A stretch of DNA of 64,000 nucleotides from Magallana gigas. Its lineage: Eukaryota. The stretch is from positions 40,238,001 through 40,302,000 of the forward strand of contig NC_088858.1 in the NCBI RefSeq assembly GCF_963853765.1, given 5' to 3'. The position numbers and the translations under genes are program-made. Shown here piece after piece: positions 13,722 through 25,573 of this stretch; the stretch's first letter is position 1, and the number at the start of each line of letters is the position of its first letter. The notes under the pieces were generated by a model that was given only the letters and a program-made list of their open reading frames with translations, did not search any database and was not told where the DNA came from.

Positions 13722-16700
13722 TTAGCTTGGGCACCACATGTTTCCATTGGAATCTGGCAATTCCTTGTGTGCAATGTCCCAAATCCATGGCTTATCTGGA
13801 AAAAAGAAAACTCTCTGGTTATGAACAGAATTTTGCATATTTACCAAAAAAAAATAAATATGTACATGCATACAAATACATGTACATGCTTTTTAATTCA
13901 AACATTTTATTATGAGATAGATGAGTCATAATTCGAGCTTAGGTCCAGCATAAATTTTCTGAAGAAAAGACTTCTAAGCCAATATACCGATTAAACTTAG
14001 TCTTGTTCTTAAGCTTGTAAAATACTTCTTACGTATACATTGTAATAACAAAATTTTATTGTTTTCATTGCCTTTTAATTGATACAAAAATAGCACTTTC
14101 TCTTTAAATGAATGTTTCATGAAAAATGTGAAATTTTTGTGAATTCTATGATTGCTATATAGTTCTAAGTATTTACAATCATAAAACACAACACATTGTA
14201 GGAAAAACTATGGTACATGAATATATTTTCAAAGTTCTCTACTTGCAACTATTTTTTTTCAAACACATGCAGAAACATTTTGTTGAAATCACAAAATTTT
14301 GTTATGTACATATTTTTATCAATATTTTGATTTAAGTAGTCAGTAGCATATTTAAAGGTGTACATACCGCTTTTGGTGTATGCTCTGGGTGGAAGATCAT
14401 TTGGAAGAACAAAAGTTTTCTGTCCAGCTTCTTTCACTTTACTTGAGCACTTAAACACTGCATTCTCAACCTGTAATTTCAATGCAAGATGGATAAACGG
14501 ACATTTCAAAAATTTTCTTAATTATCATCATCCTGTAATGGAAAACCAATATGATATTTCTCATTCTCTTCTATCATAATATTCAAATGAAAATTTAGGT
14601 TTCCTAGCTAGTGCATATTAAATGTGATTAGTATTTTTCTAACAGATGCCATAGTTTTTACCAAATATTTTGGGATAAACAGCACTCCTATTTCATAGGA
14701 CCGAATCATCAGTTGACTCCCCTTCTTTTCCAAGGCCCCCCATGCCGCTTTTGATAGGTTAGAACTGAAATAAAAAGAGAATTTTCAAAGACAGCAACAA
14801 GATTCTTTTAAATCAAATAATTACATTTTTTCTCCAAGGCAAAAGTTACTCAAAGTGTACATAAAGATAAATGGTATAAGGTATTTTTGGCTGACCTCGT
14901 AACAAGAAACCATGCAGCCTCCCCCCAGGTCGGGGAGGGACGGCAGTAGGTTTTGATGTGAGGCATGGCCCGATTTCTTCCCCTTCCTTCAGACTTCCAC
15001 TGGCTGGACAACAAAAGTAAAATAGTTCATTTTACATGTAATTACTTCACCATAAATGTATGAAGCAAACTCAATATTGTTTCATAGGACATTATAAAAT
15101 CATTCATATTTCATTGTAAAATTAGACATTGACACAAAATCTAAAGCCAAAATAAAAAGAAAGTATTGGTTCTTTAGGCTTAATCTTTTTTGCAAGGGGG
15201 AATAACTCAGTTTTTTTATATTTTAACTTTGAATTGAAAATTCAGTTTCTGCCATTTTGTGCATCCTCAATCTTCTAGTATGACCAAGAACTTTAATTTG
15301 TTATGAAATCTAGCTTACTGGAAGTAAGAGTGAAGCCATGGCTGCTTCTTGGCAACATTGATGCTGTATGGGATGGAGCCTCCTGCTGGATAGCCCTCTA
15401 GACTGGTCCTCACATTGTCAACAGTAGGAAAAATCTAACGACAAGAATCACAATATCAGAAAAGGAAAATGGATTACAATTGAAGTTTAAAATATATCTA
15501 AATATTTGTATGATATTTTGATATATTAATCAAGCATTTCAATGTAACAATGTACTCAATCACAGTATTCACATAATAGTTTTTTTTCATTTTGTTAAAC
15601 AAATAAACAAACCAGCTTGAACTCTACAGGAGCTAGTGGTACACTGCTTGTTCCTTTCACTGTTGCAAGAGATTGCAAAAATTCCACAGACAACCAGTTC
15701 TCTTTGGAGGCTCCTAGGGACCCAATACTGGAGAATTGTCCAACCACTGGCCATTTGGAAGCCTGCTCTTTCACTGGTCCATTTTCATTCAGCAGCTTCC
15801 GAAGTTTCATGTGACCAAACCAGTGCTTCTTTTCTGCCATGTGTCTGCCTGGCACTGAGCCCACAATGAAAACACTGGAAGAAAGATATTTATTCATTAG
15901 ATTCTTGATACATTGAAGTAATGAAAAAGATGAAAAGACAGAAGATTGTCGGACAAGTTTTAAAGGAATAGCATTCTAAAAAGGATATGAAAGAAAGCAA
16001 TACAAAGAAAAATTGTGTGGTCCATGAATTTGTCTAAAGTACTTAATTTTACTGAGAAATTAAATATCAATGTCAAAATTAAATTATTTAAAGAACTTGG
16101 CAATGTATTGGCATGTTTTAACAGAGGTAAGTTCAACAAAGTGAACGCTTGCCAAAATTCCCCATACCTGCAACACAAATTTTGGCGAACGATTGCAAGC
16201 ACTCGCTCCTTGAACTCGCCTCAGGTATACAACAAAGGACATCAGAAAAACATTGACTTGTAATGTGCATGTACATGTCACTGCAAATATTTTAGCTACA
16301 ATGACTTTGGAATATCATGCTGATGTATCATTTCACCATGAATTTCCTCTAACCAATATTACTGCTGATATTTTCACCACCCACTTACTTAGCTGAGGAT
16401 AGGTCATGCCTAGATATGTGATCCTGCCAATCCTTCAGTTGGTAAGCCTTGTAGGCTGCGACATACTGCAGGAGGTCCCTCTTGAAATGAGTGGGAGAAT
16501 CCCCTTGTGTGGGTGAAGGACCTGATTTCAGCTTTGGAAAGACAGGACTTATCCAAATCCTACAGCAGTACATATCCAAGCAATTAATGGTACATGCAAG
16601 TCTAAACTAGATATAGATGAACAAAATGGTTGGGTAAAGTAATTGTGCATTGAATTACATAATATTACTGTTTGCATAAACAGGTAAGACACCACAATTA

Positions 16701-19477
16701 TAATCCTCACTGGTAGAATTTTAATATCATGTATAGTTTTGTAGAAAATAGAAAATTTCCATGTTTTCAGTAGTTTACACTAGATGTAATGGTTGAAGCA
16801 CTGACTACAATAACTTAAATACACATGTATGCTGCGGTAGATTTCATGTTCTTACCCCTGAGTTTTCTGGTGCCAGTCACGCTCTATCAGGTTAGCTGTG
16901 TGGATCACAACACGAAGTCCATTATCATACAGCAAAAACATCATTTTCCTTCAAAAACATTTGAAACATAATTCAAAGCTGGAGGTTTTTTTTACTGTCA
17001 AAATATCATATGAAATGTTTAAATACATTATTTTCAGCACAATCAACATGTCTGTGGCTCTCTGTATTACAAACATAGGATATTCAAAGAGAATAAAACA
17101 AGCTACTTAAAAAAGAAATTGGCATTACTGTCAAAACTATCTCCCTTTTATGAAAAAATATAATGTTTCCAGGGTAAATCAAAATACAGATGTACTTACG
17201 TATGGTGAGTTCCATATGGCATTTCTAATTTTGCCTACAAAAGGTTAATTATAAAAGAGTTTTTACAAAACAATCTACAATGTTATAGCAATTGCCCTAG
17301 CTAACAAACAAGTGTTTTTTACAAACAAATTCTTCCTCTCTCTTCAAGAATCATTATATAGCAGAGCAATAGAACAAAATAGGTTTGAATCCATCAATAA
17401 TGTTAAATGGAAAACCTAAATTACACTCTAAGACATAATCAGACATAGGGTATACATGTACTTCAATATTTAGAAATAATACTGGGTATTCAAGTTACAT
17501 TTAAAACCACACCTGACAAAACTTGATGTTTGTAAACTTTCTGGCATCTGCCTCCAATCCAGCTTTTTGTCCCCCTTGAAACCCATGGACACAGAGAAGA
17601 GCTTTCTGTCTGAAACATTCAGGTACTGGTTGTTATCATTAAAACTACAACTCTTAATGGTCATTTCCTTTAAATCAAATTTCAACATTTTTTTCTCTCG
17701 CATTATGCCTCAAATTACTGTTATTTCACATCTCCCATAACACAGTAATAAATGCCAGTACATGTATATGGTTAATGATTCACAATGTAACATCTCATAG
17801 ACAAACCCCACTACAGGGTAGTTGGTTTTCTACCTAAATGATGTTGGGTACTGTTGGATGAGCCATGGAATCTCAAACATGTAGTTGAACTATAAAAAAA
17901 AAAACAAGAAAGATGATACTTACTAATGCATTAACATGTAAAAAATATTAAATGCATATTTTAACATTTCAAGTCAATTAATATGCTACATTTTAAAGAA
18001 CCAATTGCAGTCTCTAAGAAAACTTTTAAAACTTATTGGCCAGCAGGACCAGTGATCTGTCAACATGTACTGGTCCCCAAATAAATTTACTGGCCCCAAA
18101 ATCTTTTGTAGCTCATGTGACACATAACATACAGAGTGTTGCATAAAAATTGAGTGAAAATATCCTGATTCCACAAGTCCATTGGACTTCCTGATTTTTT
18201 ATTTTCACTGACCCAACCTCAAAATTTATAGGCTTTGATCTTCAGACCACTGAGTTTTCAAGATGACTGCAATTGCTACTAACAAAAATAAATCTGTGTA
18301 AAGGGAAATGTCAGCGGAAAACTTGTGTCATATGTGAAGCTGATGAGGCAAAATTAATGTTATTGTGAATTTACCTGACATGACTCTTGCAAATTCCCCA
18401 TGCTTTCTGATAAAATGTCTGCAATGTCAAAGAAATGATTCCAGTTGAAATTTCATTTTTCATGAACATAAATTTTCTGTACTTCAAAAAAATTCAAATC
18501 TTTTTTCTGATGGCCTGTCTGTATATACCTCTGAGACTCATTGTATAGGCACCATTATAGTCACTAGAGATTCCATGGACTTTGGTTAAAAAGAAACTCA
18601 ATGGCTGAGCATGAGTGAAGACATCTATGGGTTCTTTTGATGTCAGTGATATTGTTTCAGTCTTCTGCCTTTTCATTGGCGGAGATGTCTCCTGCTTTGT
18701 GGATTTTCTTCCTCTAGCATTTTCATTGCTGTCATTAACTGCTGCAAAACAGGAACTGACAAATACCAGACATTGTCGCTACAGGTTTATTAATTTTTGT
18801 TTGTCTTATATAGATATTAAACTACAGATGTAAAAGCATCAAAGCATTCAAGAACATAACGTATATCAAAACAAAAAATTACAAACAATATTAAAAATAT
18901 TGATGAGCCAAAATTAACATGCCATAACATCTGTATACTTACAAGGATGGGAAAATTCCTTGAGGTGATCAGGGTTTTTCCTGTAACATTTAGAGCCATA
19001 TTTACATGGAGGTAGAGCTTGAGAAGAGATTGTTTCTGAAACCCTCTTTGAACTGTCCCCTGATGAATGTTTTCTTTTTAACACCTGAGAGTCATGTAAT
19101 TTTTTTTGTGGAACACCTTTACTTGCATCTAATTTTTTATCTTTTGCTGAATTATTCTGATCATCAATTTTGCCAAAAACTATTGATTTTTCATTTTTCT
19201 GTGAACTTGAGGATGGGGATTTTGACAAAGAAGATTTGTTAATTCTTTTGAGCAACATTGGTGAGCTGCGTCCATTGGATAAATCTTCTGTAGTCTGATG
19301 TTGAAATGAGTGTTTCACAGAGGAACATGGCTCCTCATTGTCAGAGTCAGACAACTGATGATATGAAGACTGTCTCTTGGAGACCGACTGAGGTGGGGAA
19401 GGGGTGAAGAGATTTGGAGAATGATCCCAATCACTTGGATCTGGTTCAATGGTAATATCAGAATCTGTATCAGACAT
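13722..19477 (-). CDS. TDP1: Tyrosyl-DNA phosphodiesterase 1 with N-terminal PBZ zinc finger, about 669 aa, 14 coding exons
   Basis: Phase-consistent GT-AG exons: 18943-19477, 18529-18741, 18375-18418, 17834-17889, 17513-17609, 17200-17234, 16856-16948, 16389-16559, 15613-15874, 15319-15434, 14896-15003, 14662-14764, 14368-14470, 13722-13795. Both catalytic motifs are present (GTHHTKMM, MPHIKTY), plus [38 protein letters not shown] and terminal PWIWD...[10 protein letters not shown]. Confidence 0.97.
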
Positions 19478-19795
19478 TTCTTACACTTACAGCTTTCTTC
19501 TTACTTTACTGGACTGTTTAAAAGAAAGGATGTTCAGTTGATACATAAACGTTATATGAGCCCGTCCTATGATATCGCGATAGTTATAATCATTTTGACG
19601 AAAAATCTATCAGTACGGAAATATTTCCAAATACTAATGTTATTGTGAGATTCCTCTATCATATACCTCAGTGATGTTCAGCGTGCCTCTAATGACTATG
19701 TCTAAAAATATCCCGACGTCAAATGTCAATTTCAGCGCGAGCTACTATACTAAAGCAGAGATATCATAGGAAACACGCATATGTTGTAAGAACCT

Positions 19796-19940
19796 CTGGC
19801 CCCGCCGTCACCAACTTTCCTCAAGTCAATACTCAGCCTCAAATCTGAGGTTTGACCTCAAATTTATGCACTTTTCTTTATAGGATTTGAGTTGAGGAAC
19901 GAGTTGAGGGATTTGAAAATTTTGGTGACGGTGGAGCCAG
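19796..19940. mobile_element. Short TIR MITE (145 bp) in the TDP1/B9D2 intergenic promoter
   Basis: TIRs CTGGCCCCGCCGTCACCAA / TTGGTGACGGTGGAGCCAG (2 mismatches), flanked on both sides by ACCT (4-bp TSD). Confidence 0.75.
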
Positions 19941-20835
19941 ACCTGTTCTTGTTTTACAGTATTTTACTGGCTTAGACTAATTTGTTAAGTATAGGCGCAT
20001 AAAAATACCTTAGATACAAACAATGTAAACAAATAACAACAGCTCACTATGCATGATACGTGCATGCAAGTTTCGATCACCACTTCGGCACTTCTATTTA
20101 CATTGAACTTTCATTTTCATATTGAATTTGACGGTTTATTATACAGTGATAGTTTCGCATTTTAAGTTTCTTGTAGATAAATATCACAGATGATACCAAT
20201 AACAATAATCATTATCTATTTTGAAAAATGAACACAAAATGTTTGCATAATGTGTACATAAATTAAATCTACAGATCTATTGTGTTGGTCACATTTACGA
20301 ATATCTGAATACGAAACAGTGGCTGATATACATAGAAGTAAACATTCCAACTGCTTGCAATCTGGAAGAGATGATTAAACGTCTTTTTTGAGGAATTTTA
20401 GTAAGGTTTGTTCATTATATCTCTCATAAATCTTATCATTTAACCATTTCTGCAATATTTTAAATAAGCTTTTGAGCGTAGCTCATAGTTCATTAACACA
20501 GTCAAGCAACAATGATATTGTTGAAACATGTCTGGGCAGCACCAGTTAATTTCACCCAATTCATTTTCTACCATATACTTCATAACATCATTTTGTTAGT
20601 TATTTTGTCAGAAATAATTATGGATAAAACTTAATGTGTATTATATTGTCATTCATGTAATGATGTTTTTTATTGAAATAGCATGAACTTTCTCACTTTG
20701 ACAGTTAGCTAGACACTAACATTAATAGACAGTATACATATAGATGCTTATATTAAACACAGGTAGAGACTCTGAATAAAGACATTTGTTACATTTTCTG
20801 CATCCATGTAGTGATTTGGCGTTATTCTCTTGTAG

Positions 20836-22247
20836 ATGGCTGAGGTTCACATTGTTGGACAAATCGTTGGAGCCTCTGGCTTTCCTGACCACAGTCTTTT
20901 CTGTAAATGGGGAATAAACACAGGTATATTCTTGTACATGGCCTTTAAATGATAGCAGTTAACACACTATGAAGAAAATGTGCATCCATATTCAATTATT
21001 GTCCGTAATGCAATATTTGCTTGACTTTTATTTTAGGTGGTGCTTGGAAGGCTTTAGCGGGTCTAAGAGAAGGACAGACACAAGTTGATACTCCGCAGCA
21101 ACATGACGCAGCATACTGGGCTCACCCCATAGACATTCACTATGCAACAAAAGGCCTACAAGGTAGGAAAAAGAGCATGTCAGGCCCAACAATTTTGACT
21201 GGTTGAATGCTTTTCCCAATTCGAAAGATTATATTCAGGGCAATTATAAACTCTCCAAATTGAAGATGCTAATTTATCTGAGAGAATGAATCATGACTTA
21301 AGTACGAACATTACATGTTTTTCCATACACATGGAAGGAGGGTACTCTGGAGAGGATTACTTTTGGGAGTCATTAATATAGATTTTTGGTCATTATTAAT
21401 TTTAAACAAAGATCTTGGGGAAATTCTAACTTCGAACATAACTTCTTTTTGATTGTTTAAATACACATTAATCATTTTCATGGAATTCTAGTATCTGTGG
21501 TCATGAATTGCATGCCATCTATATTATCATGATGCAAGGAACAAGAAGTTCTATAATTTGGGGTTGGAACTCTTCAATGTTTTCAAGATTTTTAATTACG
21601 CATGGTTCCATGAGATAGGGACTGTGGTACAAAAGCCATGTAATAAGTAATGACAACTGGAGCAAGAATATGATGATCATTTCTGGCTCAACGAAATAGG
21701 AATGAACAAAGGAACTTGATTTGTTGTACACTGTACATAACATTACATTAGTGTATGTTTCAAAAGATTCCTGGGTAGTTTTCTTTGCAAAACTCTAAAG
21801 ACAAGTTCTTTTGTTGAAGAGAAAACACAATGTGTCTCCTTTTTGGGAGACAAGTATCTTATAAGAAAATCAAAATAAATTTTGTTTTATTTCCATACTC
21901 TTAATATTTGCATGTAAAATTATAAATTTACAGGTTGGCCAAAAATTCACTTTCAAGTATGGCATCAAGATTCGTTTGGAAGAAATGAACTCTATGGTTA
22001 TGGTTTCTGTCATGTACCTACAACGCCTGGCATGCATGAAATTGAATGCCCGACTTGGAGGCCCTCTGGGAGTTTCAAGGAACAAGTGTCACAGTATTTT
22101 CTGGGAGGGGGACCGCAACTGAAAAACCCCGACTTGATATACAGTGGTGCTGATCGTTACAGACTTCATACCATTGCGATGGGAAGTGTACATGTACGGC
22201 TCGGAGTTATACTCAGGAACTTTGACAAATATGGAATTGAATGTTGA
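20836..22247 (+). CDS. B9D2: B9 domain-containing protein 2 (ciliary transition zone, MKS complex), 175 aa
   Basis: Exons 20836-20923, 21037-21162 and 21934-22247 total 528 nt. Protein starts [27 protein letters not shown], includes [25 protein letters not shown], and ends [15 protein letters not shown] probable non-coding 5' exon ends at donor 20400/20401. Confidence 0.97.
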
Positions 22248-22996
22248 TACATGTAATGATATTTCTGAAGCATTTTTTTGAAACTGGACATCATAATTTT
22301 TTACCTGATAATTGACATGAATAACATGAAATATAATTTATTGGTTTAGAGATGTTAGCAACATCTAATGTAGGGACACATTCTTTAGTTATACATAATT
22401 TTTCATGTGTCTGTATATGTGTTACATAGTTTTTTATCATGTAAATGTATGTACATGTATAATAAAATATATTTTATGATACTGTAGTTCATGTTATATC
22501 AAGTTAATTGTAGCAATTGTGGTTGTTTGAAGGGCAACAACTTTTCAATTGAAAAATTCTGCCAAATTTTGTGAAAACCAGAAAACCTTTTAACAACAGT
22601 CTGGACTTAGGATGAAACTACCAGAACTAGTTCTTTCATCCAGACAAGTAAAGACAAGTTGATAAATAATAACATGCTTTTTGATTCATTAACAAGAGTT
22701 ATCTTTAAGTTACTAATATTCTGACATCAGGGAGCCTTTAAGTTTTTTCAGAGCCATAAGTTACCTAAACATTTTCTGTTTAGAAAAATACAAAACATGA
22801 AACTGTGTCATTCCAAAGGTGATAATTTACAAGATATTGTACATGACTATATTTTAGTATTAAACTACAAGATAGCCAGAGTCTGCAAATTAATAGATTC
22901 TATACATTTTCCTATGATATCTCTGAAGAAAAGCCTCCCTCAAAAATATTTGAAAATGGAGAATATAAATCGTGTACCAGAACATGTTCTAGATAA

Positions 22997-23202
22997 TATG
23001 TGGTTTCATCAATATTCGTTGAATACCAATTTTCGTGGATTGGTTAAGTTGATCCACGAAATTTAATGTTCATTGAAGTGAAATTTCTATTAACATTTTG
23101 TATTTATAGGGTCATTGGCCACGAATTTACATATCTTTGCAACTGTGATTTTCACTTTATCCACAAAAATTGATACCCTTGAATATTAATGAAACCACAA
23201 TA
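22997..23202. mobile_element. Degenerate (TA)CTGTGG...CCACAG(TA) MITE family copy
   Basis: Similar to copies at 23644, 31060 and 39716 (tgtggtttcat..aatatt...aattttcgtggat...aatgaaaccaca). Confidence 0.65.
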
Positions 23203-23643
23203 TTTGTGATTCAATAAATCATGATATCATATTGTTGTAAGGTTAGGTATTAAGAGGAATACGCTTGAAATTTTGCAAGTTTACTTTGGCTTTGAAACTA
23301 TTATAAATCATCTTGGTGTATTTTAGAATGTAATAATTGCATAATACTTAGATTTACAACACATGATTTATGGCATGCATTTATCAACAAAGGATCGATC
23401 ATATGAACCTAAAATTTCAAGGGTATCTCGCCCAATCCGTTATCTTATTCCCATGCTGAACAAATTATCAGCTCTCATTGGTTTAAAAATAATCAAGATA
23501 AGAGAATGTTCATGTATATAAGAGTTTGACACATTCAAGATAAATCAATTCTACTCAAGGAAGGTAGAAGGTAAGAATTAGGAAATGAAAACAGCATTTT
23601 TCAATATATTTAACAATTTTTAAAGTTTTGTATATTTAACATA

Positions 23644-23851
23644 CTGTGGAATAATTTAAATTTGTGGGGGCCAATTTTCAAGGATTGCAAGTTTTTTTTA
23701 ATATTACTAGTGATGCAATTTTGTGGATGTGTCAGTTTTTAGTTTTAGCAATTTTTCAAAATTTGTTTTCATTGAGAAAGTAAATTCATGGGGAGGGCTA
23801 CCCACGAATACTACGAAAATTGAGCCACCATGAATTCTAATGATTCCACAG
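23644..23851. mobile_element. MITE with CTGTGGAAT/ATTCCACAG TIRs and TA TSD (Tc1/mariner-pogo type)
   Basis: TA-CTGTGGAAT at 23642 and ATTCCACAG-TA ending 23853. It ends about 70 bp upstream of the B-box gene ATG. Confidence 0.8.
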
Positions 23852-23923
23852 TATACGTACATCTGTCTTTATAGACAATTGCTTATAATGATACTCCAAG
23901 TATTCTGTTGATTTTAGCCAACA

Positions 23924-25573
23924 ATGGATCCCAACAAGTGTGCACAAGATGCCTTGCTATGTGCTCTCTGTAAAGAGAATACTGACGTACAGATGCTTTG
24001 TACCGTGTGTTCCATGTACATGTGCAAAGAATGCGTTGGAGAACACTTATCCGATTCTAAATATCACCAGGTGATTAATTTTAAGCAGAGAAATGATATT
24101 CTGAAATATCCAGAATGTAAATTACATGAAAAACATTCATGCGAAATGCTTTGCAAAGACTGTGATATTTATGTGTGCTCTAAATGCATGTTATCTGATA
24201 TTCATGGGAGACACAAGTTTTTGGATGTGCAAGATGCTTTCAAGTCCAAAGCAGCCATCTTGATGAATGATACTTTTTATTTAAAAGAAAAAATCCAACC
24301 AGCTTACAGAAAAATAATAATGGAAATGGAAGATCAAATGCAGAGAGTTGCTAAACAATATGAGAAGTTCTCACAAGCCACCACTGAATATGGTGAAGTT
24401 TGGCATGAAATTGTTAATCAGTGCACCAACCAATTGAAAGAAAAACTTGAAAATTACAAAGAACAGCATTTGGATGTTTTGAAAAAAGATATGGAAAAAA
24501 TACAGCAAGTTTTGTCTCGTATCAATCATAATATTGAAGAAAATAATGAAATATTGAATTGTGGAGATGTTGCCAAATCTCTCTCATACAAGTCTGCTTT
24601 GAAACAATTTGACAAAATGCCCCCTAAAACCACTGCAACACTTTCAAAATTTCAACTCATGAAAATTGATAAAGAAAACTTCTATAAACAGTTTGGTTGT
24701 TTAGGTGAAATAATTTTTGGAAAAGAAGAGCGTGGGTGTATTTTAAGTTTAAAAGCTGAAATATCCCCATCATATGAAAGGCCAACACTTTCTGCAATAT
24801 TCAACACAGGACATCCAAAACTTAGAAGCATTGCTTATTTTAGTGACAAGGAAATTTGGACTTGTGGACGATCTAGTGAATTAAAATGCTTTGATGTCAA
24901 AGGTCAACTCAAAGAAAGTCTCAGAACAAAATCAAAAGAACCCCCAAATGACATAACAGTTACCAAATATGGGCATCTTATCTATTGTGATAACGGGGGA
25001 ACCGTAAACTTTTTAAAGAATGGCCAGGTTGAAGAGGTAATCAAATTAATTGACTGGACACCTAAAAACCTTTGTTTGACATCAAGTGATGATCTTTTAA
25101 TCATTATGTACAGTCATGATTTCACACACACAAGAGTTGTCCGCTATGTCAATTTCAAAGAGGTTCAAACCATCCAATTTGACCACAATAAGAAAGCTCT
25201 GTATTCTGAAAATGTCTCTACTAAATACATTTGTGAAAACAGAAATGGAGACATTTGTGTATCAGACAGTCGACTGGGTAGCGTAGTTGTGGTTAACAAG
25301 GCCGGGAAGCTCCGATTCAAATACTGCGGAAATTCTTCCTCAGATACAGAGAAACCATTTATTCCTTTTGGCATTTGTGTGAACAGCTATCATCACATTT
25401 TAATTGTAGACTGCAACAACAACAGTGTCCACATCATAGACCATGATGGGAAGTTTCTCTGCCAAATGGACAACTGTGGTTTAGAGAACCCTTGTGGGAT
25501 TTGCTTGGACAAAAATGAACATTTACTTATCGCCGAACAATATAGTGGAAATGTGAAAAAAATCTTGTTCTAA
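23924..25573 (+). CDS. RING-less B-box/coiled-coil/NHL-like beta-propeller protein (TRIM2/TRIM71-like family expanded in bivalves), intronless CDS, 549 aa
   Basis: Two B-boxes (CALC...CTVCSMYMCKECVGEH; CKLHEKHSCEMLCKDCDIYVCSKC...HGRH), a helical coiled coil, and a C-terminal propeller with PNDITV, YICENRNGDICVSD, PFGICV and NPCGIC repeats. A splice acceptor (ttttag) lies 6 nt before the ATG. Confidence 0.93.
   Translation: MDPNKCAQDALLCALCKENTDVQMLCTVCSMYMCKECVGEHLSDSKYHQVINFKQRNDILKYPECKLHEKHSCEMLCKDCDIYVCSKCMLSDIHGRHKFLDVQDAFKSKAAILMNDTFYLKEKIQPAYRKIIMEMEDQMQRVAKQYEKFSQATTEYGEVWHEIVNQCTNQLKEKLENYKEQHLDVLKKDMEKIQQVLSRINHNIEENNEILNCGDVAKSLSYKSALKQFDKMPPKTTATLSKFQLMKIDKENFYKQFGCLGEIIFGKEERGCILSLKAEISPSYERPTLSAIFNTGHPKLRSIAYFSDKEIWTCGRSSELKCFDVKGQLKESLRTKSKEPPNDITVTKYGHLIYCDNGGTVNFLKNGQVEEVIKLIDWTPKNLCLTSSDDLLIIMYSHDFTHTRVVRYVNFKEVQTIQFDHNKKALYSENVSTKYICENRNGDICVSDSRLGSVVVVNKAGKLRFKYCGNSSSDTEKPFIPFGICVNSYHHILIVDCNNNSVHIIDHDGKFLCQMDNCGLENPCGICLDKNEHLLIAEQYSGNVKKILF

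Noticed and set aside
17470-17703. 77-aa [12 protein letters not shown]... as a TDP1 exon or separate gene
   Set aside because: Wrong frame; the real exon 17513-17609 reads [10 protein letters not shown]...KFCQ in another frame.
19660-20836. Expected RFX X-box in the promoter of the ciliary gene B9D2
   Set aside because: No convincing consensus match found by eye; not annotated.
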